Below are positions 24,336 through 35,041 of a stretch of 60,993 nt of DNA, one piece after another. The notes beneath the pieces are model-generated. The model searched no databases. It saw nothing but the letters and a program-made list of their open reading frames with translations, and was not told where the DNA came from. Every line of letters begins with the position of its first letter. Within the stretch, counting starts at the first letter, position 1. The stretch lies in IMG/VR virus record IMGVR_UViG_3300033516_000069, positions 1-60,993 of that record, one strand, 5' to 3'. Position numbers and translations under genes: made by a program. The DNA is from a virus (Duplodnaviria; Caudoviricetes).

Positions 24336-26315
24336 ATGTCTGACGCTACTACCAACATCAAGCCTGCTATTCCAGCCAAAAAGGAAGTTGAGCTTCACTC
24401 GTCAATGAAGTTGATGTTTGGTCGCACATCTGCTTGGCAAGTCGTTAACAACAAAGCAGTTGAGTATGGAAGCATATTCGAATGTAGTGGTAAGGGTCGT
24501 GGCGGTCACTATACGGGTGATAAGTTCGCACAATCGAATTTCTGGAGGTCTACTGTAGACAGGTTCTGGCAGTATGATGACTTCACGTTCGATGGTATCG
24601 CCGCAGCATCGTATCTGATCAATGCTCACAAGTACAAGATTTGGTTTAACCCCGCCAAGTTCTACGACTACCTCTACATGTGTGTGGCGTATGAGGGAGA
24701 TTTCGAAGTACCGGAAAGCGTCAAGGAAGATGAAAAGAAGCTTAAGGAGTACCATGGCAGGCGTGAAAAGGAATGGGGTGAAGTGATTTCTGGTACTTGC
24801 AAAAAGTACGAAGATCAACTCAATAAGTACGGGTTTGATCGGGCACTCGCCCAGGCTCTCAAAAAGTGTGAAGAAAAAAAGACATGGGAGTTCAATACAT
24901 GGATTCGTTGGTGCAACACGCTTGTAATCAACCCTTTCGTTTCTCAAAACTGTGAGTCTGTGTTTGTTCACGAAATGTTCCATATTATCTGGAATCACCT
25001 TTCTCGCGTCGAAGAGCGCGACTCGGTTCAGTGGAACATCGCCACCGACTTCGCAATCAATCAATCTATCAATTTCACCAAGGAATTCGCGGCTGGTCTG
25101 ATCACTGACCATAACGAGAAGTTTCATAAAAGGTTTGTTTTGAGTACCATTAAGTATCTCATGCAGACCGATGCCGATGTTGCTAAGTCACTCAAGGAGG
25201 ACTACAAGATCACCGAAAAGACCGATTGGGACAAGATTTCTCCTAAGCTGCTTAAGGAACTGCACGATACGTACATGATGGAGTCGCCTAACGGTTACTC
25301 CAAGTCCAGCAAGTTCGCCAATAAGAGTGGTGACCTGTACTATCGCATTCTGTTGGAATCTTGCATCATCATGAGTGGCGCTGGAATGGCTGGCTATGAT
25401 AGCCACGGTAAGTGGAATGATAAGGGCGAAGGCTCTGGTGAAGGGATGGAAGGTGATCAGGAAGGTGCCGGTGGTAAGAAGTTTACCAAGGGTGCTTCCA
25501 AGGGCACGGAAACCTGTGAAAAAGCTAAAGAAGGCGACAAGCCTGACTGGCACCCTGACAGTAACAAGGAACGCGGTAAGGGTGGTCGCCAGGAACACAA
25601 GGGGTTCGATTCTATGGAAGCCGCTGCTGCTCGTCGTGAGGTCAAGGCGACTGTCAAGGACACTCTTGAGCGTTGCGGCGTAAACCCCGACGATCCCGAA
25701 GAGATTGAGAAGGCACTCAAGGCAACTCCTGGTATGGAAATATTGGGCGCTCTCATTCTCGACTGGTTCAAGGTCAAGCGCAAGAACTGGAAGCAGCTTT
25801 TGAAGAAAGAGTTGACTAACTATTCCAACCCACAGGATATCGACTACACAATGTCCCGTGAAAGCCGCGTCATGGAAGGTTTCTTCCCCGGCAAAAAGCG
25901 TGAGCGTGGCTTGGACGTGATTTTCCAGGTCGATACCAGCGGCTCTATCAACCTCAAAGACTGGAACGACTTCGTGAATCAGATTGAGGAAATCGCCCGT
26001 TCCTGTGACGTGAAGCTCATGCGTTGCTTGCAGGTTCACTCGGTCATCGCATGCGATGAAATGGTCAATCTGCGGAAGGTCAAGGATTGGCGTATCAAGG
26101 AAACTGGTGGAACGACCATGGCGCTCGGTCCCGTTAAGCTGCGTAAGGAAGGAAACAAAAAGCTCCTTATCATATTCACTGACGGGTATACCGATGTCTT
26201 TGAACAAAAAGACTTCCCGTTCAAGATAATGATTTTCCTGTCCCGTGGTAACAGCCACAATACGGAAATCTTTAAGGAACGTGGGTTTACCGTCATCAAC
26301 CAGGATGAAGAGTGA
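24336..26315 (+). CDS. metallopeptidase (HExxH) + vWA domain protein (DUF2201-like)
   Basis: HEMFH..WNIATDFAIN; DTSGS, GGT, FTDG. Confidence 0.9.
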   Translation: MSDATTNIKPAIPAKKEVELHSSMKLMFGRTSAWQVVNNKAVEYGSIFECSGKGRGGHYTGDKFAQSNFWRSTVDRFWQYDDFTFDGIAAASYLINAHKYKIWFNPAKFYDYLYMCVAYEGDFEVPESVKEDEKKLKEYHGRREKEWGEVISGTCKKYEDQLNKYGFDRALAQALKKCEEKKTWEFNTWIRWCNTLVINPFVSQNCESVFVHEMFHIIWNHLSRVEERDSVQWNIATDFAINQSINFTKEFAAGLITDHNEKFHKRFVLSTIKYLMQTDADVAKSLKEDYKITEKTDWDKISPKLLKELHDTYMMESPNGYSKSSKFANKSGDLYYRILLESCIIMSGAGMAGYDSHGKWNDKGEGSGEGMEGDQEGAGGKKFTKGASKGTETCEKAKEGDKPDWHPDSNKERGKGGRQEHKGFDSMEAAAARREVKATVKDTLERCGVNPDDPEEIEKALKATPGMEILGALILDWFKVKRKNWKQLLKKELTNYSNPQDIDYTMSRESRVMEGFFPGKKRERGLDVIFQVDTSGSINLKDWNDFVNQIEEIARSCDVKLMRCLQVHSVIACDEMVNLRKVKDWRIKETGGTTMALGPVKLRKEGNKKLLIIFTDGYTDVFEQKDFPFKIMIFLSRGNSHNTEIFKERGFTVINQDEE

Positions 26316-26402
26316 GTCACACGCTATACCCCACTAAAGGGTAACTTAAGGCTTGTGTTTCGGATAAACATCCTATCATTAGATACAAGAGGACACAATA
26401 TC

Positions 26403-27611
26403 ATGGCTAATCAGGAAATGAACATCCAGCAAATCACCGAGATTACCAAGTTCTCGTTGGAGGCTAGTACCAAATTCAAGCTCCCAGTTTGTTATTGGGG
26501 TGTTCATGGTACTGGTAAAACAGAACTGGTCAAGCAGATTGCACAGGATCTGGGGTATAACCTCGTAGTCCTTCACCTTGCTATGCAGGATATCTGCGAC
26601 CTTATCGGTATCCCGTCTAAGCAGGAGTACAAGATGCCTGACGGGTCCATTGATACGATCCAGGTATGGTCCTGCCCACAGTGGCTTTACAACGCCAACA
26701 AGAGCTTTGAAGAGACGGGTAAGCCTAATCTGTTCTTCCTTGACGAGTTCAACCGTGGTAACCGTTTCGTCCTTTCCGCCATGCTCCCATTCTTGATCGA
26801 AGGTGTGCTGCACCAGCACAAGATCGGTCCCAAGGACGCCGTGATCGCTGCTGCCAACCCCGCCAACGAGAAGTATGAAGTTAACGAGCTTACCGACGAA
26901 GCTCTTCTCAACCGTCTTGGACATATCGTATTCAAGCCTACCCACAAGGAATATGTGGCGTATCTTAAGCGCACTGGTATGGATAAGACCACAATCAAAG
27001 TTGTTGAGAACCAACCGGCGTACACCAAGATCGCAGATTTCGACCTTGGCTTCGAAGTCAAGCCTTCTCGTCGTTCCATTTGCAACGTCATGTCGCTGCT
27101 TGGCTCCAAGGGTCGCACATGGGTCGCTGAACACGGCAGTTACGTCATCGAAGCGTATCTCGGTGCCAGCTTCCGTGATGAGTGGATGGCTGAGTTCGCT
27201 TCCAGGGACGAGTCCATCACCCTCGACATGCTGGAAAACTTCGACCAGAACAAGCAGGATATCATCAATGCGATCAGCACTTCCGTTACGGAACAGGGAA
27301 AAAAGATGGCTGCTCATCGTACCGATATTCTGTCTAAGACCCTTGATATCATCAAGACGCATATCAAGGACATCAGGGATAAGATCGGCGCTAAAGACGT
27401 GACTTGGATGATCAAGTTCTTTTCTATCCCGATCATTCCTGACGATGCTTGTGCTGCCGTGTTCATGGCTAACCCTGATATGAAGCGGGTCATGATGCGG
27501 AACACAGATGTCAATATCTTACTCACCAACTTCCTCCACTCTAAGAACATAATTCCTCTCGACGGTGTTGCGCCGTGGGCTACCGATGCCGACAAGCGCA
27601 CCGTCGTTTAA
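26403..27611 (+). CDS. MoxR-like AAA+ ATPase
   Basis: GVHGTGKT, DLIGIP, FLDEFNR, AAANP, ALLNR, PSRRS. Confidence 0.92.
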   Translation: MANQEMNIQQITEITKFSLEASTKFKLPVCYWGVHGTGKTELVKQIAQDLGYNLVVLHLAMQDICDLIGIPSKQEYKMPDGSIDTIQVWSCPQWLYNANKSFEETGKPNLFFLDEFNRGNRFVLSAMLPFLIEGVLHQHKIGPKDAVIAAANPANEKYEVNELTDEALLNRLGHIVFKPTHKEYVAYLKRTGMDKTTIKVVENQPAYTKIADFDLGFEVKPSRRSICNVMSLLGSKGRTWVAEHGSYVIEAYLGASFRDEWMAEFASRDESITLDMLENFDQNKQDIINAISTSVTEQGKKMAAHRTDILSKTLDIIKTHIKDIRDKIGAKDVTWMIKFFSIPIIPDDACAAVFMANPDMKRVMMRNTDVNILLTNFLHSKNIIPLDGVAPWATDADKRTVV

Positions 27612-27626
27612 GAAAGAAAACACACA

Positions 27627-28670
27627 ATGAGTACCAACGTCCCCGAATTGATCAACAATACCCTTGGCATCAATAACTGCAAGACGATGTACCTGGGCTG
27701 TACGCTCATGGACACCAATCCGGCTTCTGGTCGGGAACTGGTGATCGCTGACGTGAAGTGCCCACAGGCATGGTCGCCGCTCAATGCGCTGCTTCTCTAC
27801 CCGATCATCCAAGACTATGAGAAGAGCGACAAGAAAAAGGTGGACCTGTCCCTGGCATGCGCCTGGAACACTGGCTTCACCCCGGTTCGTCGTGGCATGC
27901 CCGATGCTGCCAACATGACCACTAACAGCCGCAACTTCCTTGAGGGTCGCTCGGTCAACACCACCGACCAGATCCTCAAGGCTCGTTCCGACGATGCTTT
28001 GGCTGCTATCTTCTCTCGCATAGGGTGGTATGGATCCAAGAATGCCAGAATCGTTCCTATCGAACTGTCCAATAACGAGGAAACCGACAAGAAGTTCGTG
28101 TCCCGTGGCTTCGTGTCCGCTTCGTGGACCGATGATCCGGTCAAGGTCCGCTACATGGTGAGTCTGCCTCCTACCGGCAGCGCACCTTACGACTATGTGT
28201 ACCTTGTCGGTGGCTCCGATGATGTCATCGGTGATGCTCTTGCGGACATTCCGCTTGCACTCAGCCAGATGTGGGACCAGATCAAGACCCTTAAGGAAGA
28301 GGTCAAAAAGTCCACCAAGGGTAAGAAGTCGGAAGCCGATGATGAGGCGGCTGGTGCAGACCCTAAGTTCCTCTGGCACGCATACACCAAGCAGGCGACC
28401 GATCCAGCCATCAGGGCAAATCTTCTTGCCAAGAAGCTGCTCCGCACCGTCGAGAGCATAATCTTTATCCGTAACTACTTTGCCTACGCCAAGCAAGGCA
28501 TCGGTCTGACCGAAGTACAGGAAGTGGTTGGCTTCAATGACAAGACCGGTAAGCCGGTACTCAAGACCGTAAATATTGACGATGTTCTCCAAAAGTATGA
28601 TACAATATATGCATACGCCAAGAACCTCTGCTATATCTTCAAGGATATCGGGACTGGTGACATCATGTAA
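27627..28670 (+). CDS. hypothetical protein (third gene of vWA-MoxR operon)
   Basis: Same high-GC3 codon style, tightly linked. Confidence 0.8.
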   Translation: MSTNVPELINNTLGINNCKTMYLGCTLMDTNPASGRELVIADVKCPQAWSPLNALLLYPIIQDYEKSDKKKVDLSLACAWNTGFTPVRRGMPDAANMTTNSRNFLEGRSVNTTDQILKARSDDALAAIFSRIGWYGSKNARIVPIELSNNEETDKKFVSRGFVSASWTDDPVKVRYMVSLPPTGSAPYDYVYLVGGSDDVIGDALADIPLALSQMWDQIKTLKEEVKKSTKGKKSEADDEAAGADPKFLWHAYTKQATDPAIRANLLAKKLLRTVESIIFIRNYFAYAKQGIGLTEVQEVVGFNDKTGKPVLKTVNIDDVLQKYDTIYAYAKNLCYIFKDIGTGDIM

Positions 28671-28678
28671 GGAGAATC

Positions 28679-29278
28679 ATGGCTGATCAAGTAGCACAAC
28701 AAGTTCCATCTAGTCAGCCACAAGGCTTACAATTAGATAAGATGCAAGAGTCACCCCTCGTTTGGGGTGACTCTGACTTTACAGAGATTGAAGAAACCGA
28801 CATTGACGAGACAAAAATCTTCTGGATGGGTACAAAAGCCTCCATGGAGGATACTCCACAAGAGAAGCTGGAACAGCGGCTCGCAATTCAAGATCAAGTA
28901 AAGAAGGGTATTTTAGACGAGTTTGGTTTGCCTATTGGGTTTACATATGATGAATTAGGTATCCCTAAAGAAAAACAAGAAGAAATAAATGCGGCGAGAG
29001 CGGCTCGCCAGCAACAAAGGGTACAAACATTAGCTGGTCAACCACCTGTACAATCTAATTCAAACACACCGCCAGTAAGAAAAGAATATAGAAATAAATA
29101 CGAGCGCAAAATGGACAGGGATAAGACACGGGAGGAAGCTAAGAGACAAGAAAAGTTAGCCCGTGCTAACCGCCAGATTCAGCGTCATCAGTCACAAACA
29201 ACGGTGATGCCGAGTACCAATACATTTACACCAGTAAATACAATGTCGCCAATTAATGCGACATTTATAGGAAAATAA
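28679..29278 (+). CDS. hypothetical protein
   Basis: AAGGAG RBS. Confidence 0.75.
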   Translation: MADQVAQQVPSSQPQGLQLDKMQESPLVWGDSDFTEIEETDIDETKIFWMGTKASMEDTPQEKLEQRLAIQDQVKKGILDEFGLPIGFTYDELGIPKEKQEEINAARAARQQQRVQTLAGQPPVQSNSNTPPVRKEYRNKYERKMDRDKTREEAKRQEKLARANRQIQRHQSQTTVMPSTNTFTPVNTMSPINATFIGK

Positions 29279-29279
29279 C

Positions 29280-29468
29280 ATGGAAACAACTTTTAAATGT
29301 CCGTCATGTGGGCGTCAGACTATGGGCGTCATTCAAAATGGTTGTGCGGCTACTTGTATATGTCCGTTCTGTAAGCAGCTTGGAAATGTCGTTTATATGC
29401 TTGAGGAACGTAAAGAGACAATTCGTAAGATGGGTGATGGGTTATACGTAAAAGAAACAGATAAGTGA
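29280..29468 (+). CDS. small Zn-ribbon protein
   Basis: CPSC...CPFC. Confidence 0.65.
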   Translation: METTFKCPSCGRQTMGVIQNGCAATCICPFCKQLGNVVYMLEERKETIRKMGDGLYVKETDK

Positions 29469-29516
29469 CCTATTGAAGATATTTAATTCTGTCATATAAT
29501 CTATTAAGGAGATTAT

Positions 29517-30134
29517 ATGGCAGACCAGCTTAAATACGTGTTTCTATTCGGTCATCGAAAGCAGCATGGCAAAGACACAAGCGTAACGCTGATTAGTTCA
29601 ATGCTTGATAGTATGGGAGTGTCTGTAAAATCTGATTATTTTGCCAGAAAACTCAAAGAACAAGCATGTGATAAATATGGTCTTGATTTTGATAAAATGG
29701 GCGACGATGTATATAAAAATTCAAAGCCGCCGCATCTGAATGGTCTGTCTGTCCGCGATGTTCTTATCAAAGAAGGTTGTGGTGCTAGAGCAATATGGCA
29801 GAACGTTTGGGCATTTCCTGCATATAAGAATCTCTTTAGTAGCGGAGCAGCGGTAGGAATTGTTTCAGATTTCAGGTATCCGAACGAATGCTCTTGTTTC
29901 GATGAATGTTTTGATATTATTAATTTAAATAACCGTTACGTTAAACCAAAAATTATAAAGGTACTTGTTCATAAACCAGATGGAAAGTTTGCCAACGACG
30001 GTGCAGATGATCAACTTCCAGATATTGATCCTTATTGGGATTTTGTTATTATGAACGATGACAAAACCGATAATTGGAAACATAATATTGAGAAACAGTT
30101 AAAAAATATGATAAAATCTATTATTGGAGAGTGA
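29517..30134 (+). CDS. deoxynucleoside monophosphate kinase (T4 gp1-like)
   Basis: G..QHGKDT, FARKLK, VSDFRYPNE. Confidence 0.85.
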   Translation: MADQLKYVFLFGHRKQHGKDTSVTLISSMLDSMGVSVKSDYFARKLKEQACDKYGLDFDKMGDDVYKNSKPPHLNGLSVRDVLIKEGCGARAIWQNVWAFPAYKNLFSSGAAVGIVSDFRYPNECSCFDECFDIINLNNRYVKPKIIKVLVHKPDGKFANDGADDQLPDIDPYWDFVIMNDDKTDNWKHNIEKQLKNMIKSIIGE

Positions 30135-30388
30135 ATATGTTTTATAAAAAGAATAGAGCTAAATGTCTGAATTGTGATGATGTTATCGAATCAGATAGCT
30201 CTACAGATTGGACTGAATGCTCATGTGGTTCCCTTCGTATTCGTGGCGGATCGTCATTTCTAGAAAGGGAGGCTAAACCTGGAAAATTCAAAGAACTATC
30301 AGTTATAGAATTTCCAGAAGATATGACGTTCAGAGAAGATGTGACCGATCAACCTCCACCCCCACTTCCTCCAGGGTATAGACAATGA
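30131..30388 (+). CDS. Zn-binding hypothetical protein
   Basis: N.AKCLNCDDVIES...CSCG...GG. Confidence 0.75.
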   Translation: MNMFYKKNRAKCLNCDDVIESDSSTDWTECSCGSLRIRGGSSFLEREAKPGKFKELSVIEFPEDMTFREDVTDQPPPPLPPGYRQ

Positions 30389-30420
30389 CACTATTAAAAA
30401 ATAAACAGAAAGAGAAAAAC

Positions 30421-31053
30421 ATGTCCAACACAGAAACCCCGGCGATTGACCCTGAGACAACATCACCAACTGGTTATATTGTTTTTGTTACTGGCGAGAT
30501 TACACAGGAATTGGCAGATGAAGTTGCGAAGCAAATGATTGTATTTGATATGCAAAATACTGTTAAGGGCGAGCAGCTTCCTATCACACTTATAGTAAAC
30601 TCTCCTGGTGGTGGGTTATGTGCTGGCTGGCAGATTTGTGATGTGATGGATTATATCGCTACTCCTGTATATACTACTGGATTAGGGGAAATAGCATCTG
30701 CTGCGCTTATGATATTTATGAATGGTGAGCCAGGGCATCGTGTATTGACTGACCGCACCTCAATAATGAGCCATCGTTATTCATGGGGTGTTTCTGGCAA
30801 TCATGCGGAACTTATTGCGGCTGAATCTGAATTTAAAAATGTTCATAAGCGCATTCTGGAGCATTATATTGAATGTACTGGACTTACTAAAGCAGAGGTT
30901 GAAGAGCAGCTTCTTCGACCATATAACGTCTGGTTGTCGCCAAGTCAGGCACTTAAGCTTGGACTCGCTGATAAAATTTTCCGTACCAAGAAAAGTAAAA
31001 ACGTAAAGAATGTAAAGAAAGTCAAGAAAATAAAGAAAGAAATCAAGGAATAA
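30421..31053 (+). CDS. clpP: ClpP-like protease subunit
   Basis: NSPGG, G.IASAA (Ser), IMSH (His), ALKLGLADKI. Confidence 0.88.
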   Translation: MSNTETPAIDPETTSPTGYIVFVTGEITQELADEVAKQMIVFDMQNTVKGEQLPITLIVNSPGGGLCAGWQICDVMDYIATPVYTTGLGEIASAALMIFMNGEPGHRVLTDRTSIMSHRYSWGVSGNHAELIAAESEFKNVHKRILEHYIECTGLTKAEVEEQLLRPYNVWLSPSQALKLGLADKIFRTKKSKNVKNVKKVKKIKKEIKE

Positions 31054-31055
31054 AA

Positions 31056-31805
31056 ATGTCAAATTTGCAAGTCGAGAGAATGAATGAGATGCTTGAGGTT
31101 GCTGTTCGTGAACCCAATGCACTTATGGTTAACGTCGAGAATAGTGCTAAAGGAGTTGTTGATCAAATAGCCGATATGACTCTAATCACTGCTAATGATG
31201 TAAAGCAACTAGCAAAGGCACAAACATTTATTCTCTCGACATATACCGATGTACCACAATTCAGACCGCTTGTTATAAAATTAAGTTCTGTATTGAATGA
31301 TCGGTCTTTTCCAACAGCGGACGGTAAATATTGGCAATGTAAAAAAGAAGCAGAAGTACATTTTAATCAACTTGTTTCTGAAATGTACAAATATGAGCGG
31401 TGTGTAGTTGATGTAGAAGAAATGGATTATGTTATTGCTTCCATGGAGAAACAGCTTAAAGAAACTGTGTCTGTTGATAAAATAGATCCAATCAAAATGG
31501 GATTTGAGATACGTCGTATGAAGATTAAGCGCGATGAATATATTTTTAATATGAAACTAGTCGAAAAGTCCATTAAGTACCGCATCAGTGAAGTGACCGA
31601 ATGGGCTGCCATTTCTGAATCTATGATGAAGCCTGGATGTCGTTACGACACTAAAGATTATAATGCACATCTTGCCCAGGAACTTTATATGAAACTGGAG
31701 CAGGATATTAATAACGCCGCTAAAGATGGTAATAAGGACGTAGACAATCTTAAGGCGCAGCTTGCAACTCTACAGCGCCTCGTCAAAGACGCTATCCAAA
31801 AATAA
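31056..31805 (+). CDS. hypothetical coiled-coil protein
   Basis: 249-aa ORF ending the + block. Confidence 0.8.
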   Translation: MSNLQVERMNEMLEVAVREPNALMVNVENSAKGVVDQIADMTLITANDVKQLAKAQTFILSTYTDVPQFRPLVIKLSSVLNDRSFPTADGKYWQCKKEAEVHFNQLVSEMYKYERCVVDVEEMDYVIASMEKQLKETVSVDKIDPIKMGFEIRRMKIKRDEYIFNMKLVEKSIKYRISEVTEWAAISESMMKPGCRYDTKDYNAHLAQELYMKLEQDINNAAKDGNKDVDNLKAQLATLQRLVKDAIQK

Positions 31806-33291
31806 TAATTACTGTCGGAGAACACGTCGGAGTCTCTGACGAGTTGGATGAAGATGATGACGAGGATTTTGATGATGAAGAAGATGATGTCGAGTCGGAC
31901 GATTCTGATTCTATTGCATATGAATATGAGTGATACTCGGATGAGCAACGCCATTCTTCAATAACATCGTAGTAACAGTAATATTCGCTTGTGCATTCTG
32001 GACCATCGCAGTTACTAAAATATTCACGATATAAGTTACGAAGGGTACTTGAGTCGCTTGAAGAATCGCTTGTAGATGACATGCTAGAGTCACTTGAACT
32101 GCTACTTGAAGAACTTTGTTCGGTATCGACTAAGTTAGCTTGAGCTACTCCAGTAATCCAGCCGCGTTCACATGAAAGGGTACTCGGTGGCAACTCTACG
32201 GTGTATATGTACGAATACTTAGTAGTAAGATGGACGTTCCAATTACCAGTTAAAGAGTCTCTTGTTAATGTTATTGTAGAAGATTCATCCGGTGATTTCC
32301 ATATACCAGTTGTGCAATTTAATAAGATATTATTGTATATACCATTTGGAGCGCACCCCGAAGAGCCTATAACAGTGGCTTTCTTTAACATAGGTATTGG
32401 GTTGCATATTGGGAATTCAATACCACACCCAGATGACAAGGAAACTGATGATTCTGATGATTGAGAAATCATTTCTGAAGAGCTACTGGATGAGTAGCTT
32501 GAACTGGAGCTTGAACTGGAGCTTGAACTGCTACTTGAACTGCTACTTGAAGAGCTACTGGACGAGGAACTTGAATCTGAGCTAGACGAGCTACTTGAGT
32601 TGATAACATGTCCACACGGGCAATTTACCTTATCGAAATCTATGCGGATCTTATTATCAATAGTCCTGATTTTAATACATTTACTACCAGACAGTTTCTT
32701 GAGAGCCATTATGACATTGCCCTGTGGGCTAACCATCTGTCGGTCACGTATAATAGAAACTGATTTAGGAATATATGGCTCGTCAACCTCATTATCTTTA
32801 AAACGATAATCTGGGGACATGACACGCAAAACACCATCTGTACAGATACCTTGCCCGCCGAGACTGGTTGTAACGTAAGTGTCTATTATGTTTTTAGTAC
32901 CATTCCATAGAAACTTATCGTTACGTGCCTGTTTTAAAAATAGGGAACCATCGGTTGTGACTGAACGAAAGTATGCGCTCACGATTTCGCCGTGTTGGGC
33001 TGTTCCGGCGAACAGCTTGGCTGGATTCGTCTCGTCCGAGTTATAAAAGTTATAAAAGCGAGTATCAAGCTGAACAAATGGTGCGACGGAGGTAGGAGCC
33101 TTTATTTTGACGTTCTTTGAGCCTACGAGGCTCGCAAACAAAAAAGAATCCTGTACGTTCTTATTGAGGTGCCAATAGAAATAAGATTTATCAGAATGCC
33201 TGAAACTACGAATTGCCGCTCTACCCAGGTATACGTCTGATTGGGTTCCCGCATTCTTTACATTATAAATCTTATAACTTAATGTATTCAT
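31792..33291 (-). CDS. virion-associated protein with poly-Ser tracts and Cys-rich domains
   Basis: Last gene of minus structural operon; three Ser-rich tracts. Confidence 0.8.
   Translation of the reverse strand: MNTLSYKIYNVKNAGTQSDVYLGRAAIRSFRHSDKSYFYWHLNKNVQDSFLFASLVGSKNVKIKAPTSVAPFVQLDTRFYNFYNSDETNPAKLFAGTAQHGEIVSAYFRSVTTDGSLFLKQARNDKFLWNGTKNIIDTYVTTSLGGQGICTDGVLRVMSPDYRFKDNEVDEPYIPKSVSIIRDRQMVSPQGNVIMALKKLSGSKCIKIRTIDNKIRIDFDKVNCPCGHVINSSSSSSSDSSSSSSSSSSSSSSSSSSSSSSSSSSYSSSSSSEMISQSSESSVSLSSGCGIEFPICNPIPMLKKATVIGSSGCAPNGIYNNILLNCTTGIWKSPDESSTITLTRDSLTGNWNVHLTTKYSYIYTVELPPSTLSCERGWITGVAQANLVDTEQSSSSSSSSDSSMSSTSDSSSDSSTLRNLYREYFSNCDGPECTSEYYCYYDVIEEWRCSSEYHSYSYAIESESSDSTSSSSSSKSSSSSSSNSSETPTCSPTVIIIFG
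32476..32599. repeat. poly-Ser coding low-complexity repeat
   Basis: Imperfect 12-bp CTTGAACTG(GAG/CTA) units; mixed TCN/AGY codons. Confidence 0.85.
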
Positions 33292-33749
33292 GTAGACTCG
33301 ATATTAATATAACAGTGCGCTTTATTGGAACTTATGATTTTTATATGATCCGCGTATATCAGTATATCATCGAATTCTACCTCTTCTGTAACTAATGGGG
33401 TAGTTGATACAATAAGTCTGCCCGAAGCACGTAATTTAGACGTATCATCAACGAGTAATCCAATTGAAGAGAAATATAAAGTATAACTCCAAAAGGTTCT
33501 ATTGTACACAGAATCTGTTCGTTCAAAAACCCAATCTGTGACGGCAAGCTCTTTTGAAACTGATGATCCAGTCGATGAGCCGCCCCCACCATTTAGAAGC
33601 TGTGTAAGCGTGGCACCAGCACCTACGTATCTATCTTTAAAAACCATATTTCCCATGTTGTCGCATGTAATAATATTACCTTGGTCTGAATTACCATGGT
33701 GGTTACTACGACCTATGGTGATATCGGTGACGTAAAATGATTGTGCCAT
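33288..33749 (-). CDS. putative tail/baseplate-associated protein
   Basis: In structural operon; shares N-terminal G.I.F.D motif with the neighbouring genes. Confidence 0.75.
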   Translation of the reverse strand: MAQSFYVTDITIGRSNHHGNSDQGNIITCDNMGNMVFKDRYVGAGATLTQLLNGGGGSSTGSSVSKELAVTDWVFERTDSVYNRTFWSYTLYFSSIGLLVDDTSKLRASGRLIVSTTPLVTEEVEFDDILIYADHIKIISSNKAHCYINIEST

Positions 33750-33761
33750 GTTATATCCTAT

Positions 33762-35033
33762 TTATGTGATGTTTAAAATAGTCCAATCAACATAACCCTG
33801 GAATATAAGTTCTGAGTTAATTGTAAATCCCTTCTCGGTCTTATTTGAATACCACACATTAATGTTTTTATTACAACTCATAGTTACTGAGTAATTAGCA
33901 GATGCGAGATGAGTAGGAAATGTGACATCAATGCTATTAACTTTATTGAATGTTGCAGTGCCCTGACGGTGTACATATTTATTTGATGGGGATGCATCAA
34001 ATATCATTGCATTAATGGAAGATAAAGCTGCTGCTTGGTTGTCTATGTCAACTCCGAAGTAACGGTCCCAATAGTCTGGGTGAAAATTTGCAATATGGAA
34101 CTGAACTTTGATTAAGTGTGAGTTTGGCGTATATTTCTTATCTACGTATGTAATGTTTGGATTCAAACATGCTGGTTCTCCCTCAAAACATGAAGTATCT
34201 ATACAACCACAGTCCTCTTCAGTTGAACAGACAATAGATTCTGGATTGTTTTTAGCTAGGTTTATTGATGTAAATCCAGCAACTGGTATATTTCCTACGT
34301 ATGACATCGTTACCGGGTAATGGACATAATCTGAACTGTTTTGCACTACAGTTGATCTGGCAAGCTCTTTACATACGGTAGCATCCCATAGTCTGAAAAT
34401 AATAGGTTCGGTTCCCTTTCTTTGGACATATGCTAGTTTAGCTATAATAATTGCGAGCTTGTATGTGTCCTCTATTGGTGGGATAACCATTTCAACGTTT
34501 TGAACGTCATACCACTTCCATGCTCCAGTATCTGGGTTGGTAGTCTTTTCATAGAACGAGAGTGGCTTAACTGCGTCACATATTGAAATACCTGTAGTGT
34601 CTGTCATATACTTATCGACTGACCAGTAAACAGGTAGCTGATCATTAACATTATTTGTCTTTGGGATATTTGCACAGTTACGGTGATCGGTTTCTGTGCG
34701 ACCAGCCCACCAAAGAGATCCTGCGATAAGATTACGCCTCCATTGCGAACAGCTACTGACAATTTCTTGTAGGCTGTATTCTCGTTGTAACGAAGAATCT
34801 TTAAAGTAAATCTGTCCGTTACGATATGTTATAGCCTTTGTGCGACTATAAAGCTCTGCAAGGGAGATAGAATCTTTTTTCAAGTATTTTGATACATAAG
34901 AATCTCTAAAGATTATATTTCCTTTATCATCAAACGACATGCCAGAGTCAATATCTTTCATCGTACCTTCGGAACGAGGATTGGCTGGTTTTTGTAATAC
35001 TACGCCCGGTACATAAAGTGGATTAGTCGCCAT
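33762..35033 (-). CDS. putative tail fibre/appendage protein
   Basis: C-terminal repeated ~65-aa beta domain. Confidence 0.8.
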   Translation of the reverse strand: MATNPLYVPGVVLQKPANPRSEGTMKDIDSGMSFDDKGNIIFRDSYVSKYLKKDSISLAELYSRTKAITYRNGQIYFKDSSLQREYSLQEIVSSCSQWRRNLIAGSLWWAGRTETDHRNCANIPKTNNVNDQLPVYWSVDKYMTDTTGISICDAVKPLSFYEKTTNPDTGAWKWYDVQNVEMVIPPIEDTYKLAIIIAKLAYVQRKGTEPIIFRLWDATVCKELARSTVVQNSSDYVHYPVTMSYVGNIPVAGFTSINLAKNNPESIVCSTEEDCGCIDTSCFEGEPACLNPNITYVDKKYTPNSHLIKVQFHIANFHPDYWDRYFGVDIDNQAAALSSINAMIFDASPSNKYVHRQGTATFNKVNSIDVTFPTHLASANYSVTMSCNKNINVWYSNKTEKGFTINSELIFQGYVDWTILNIT

Positions 35034-35041
35034 ATGTTTCC

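Noticed and set aside
24402-28592. Long minus-strand ORFs (241-357 aa), also 5553-6353
   Set aside because: Antisense shadows of high-GC3 plus-strand genes with clear motifs
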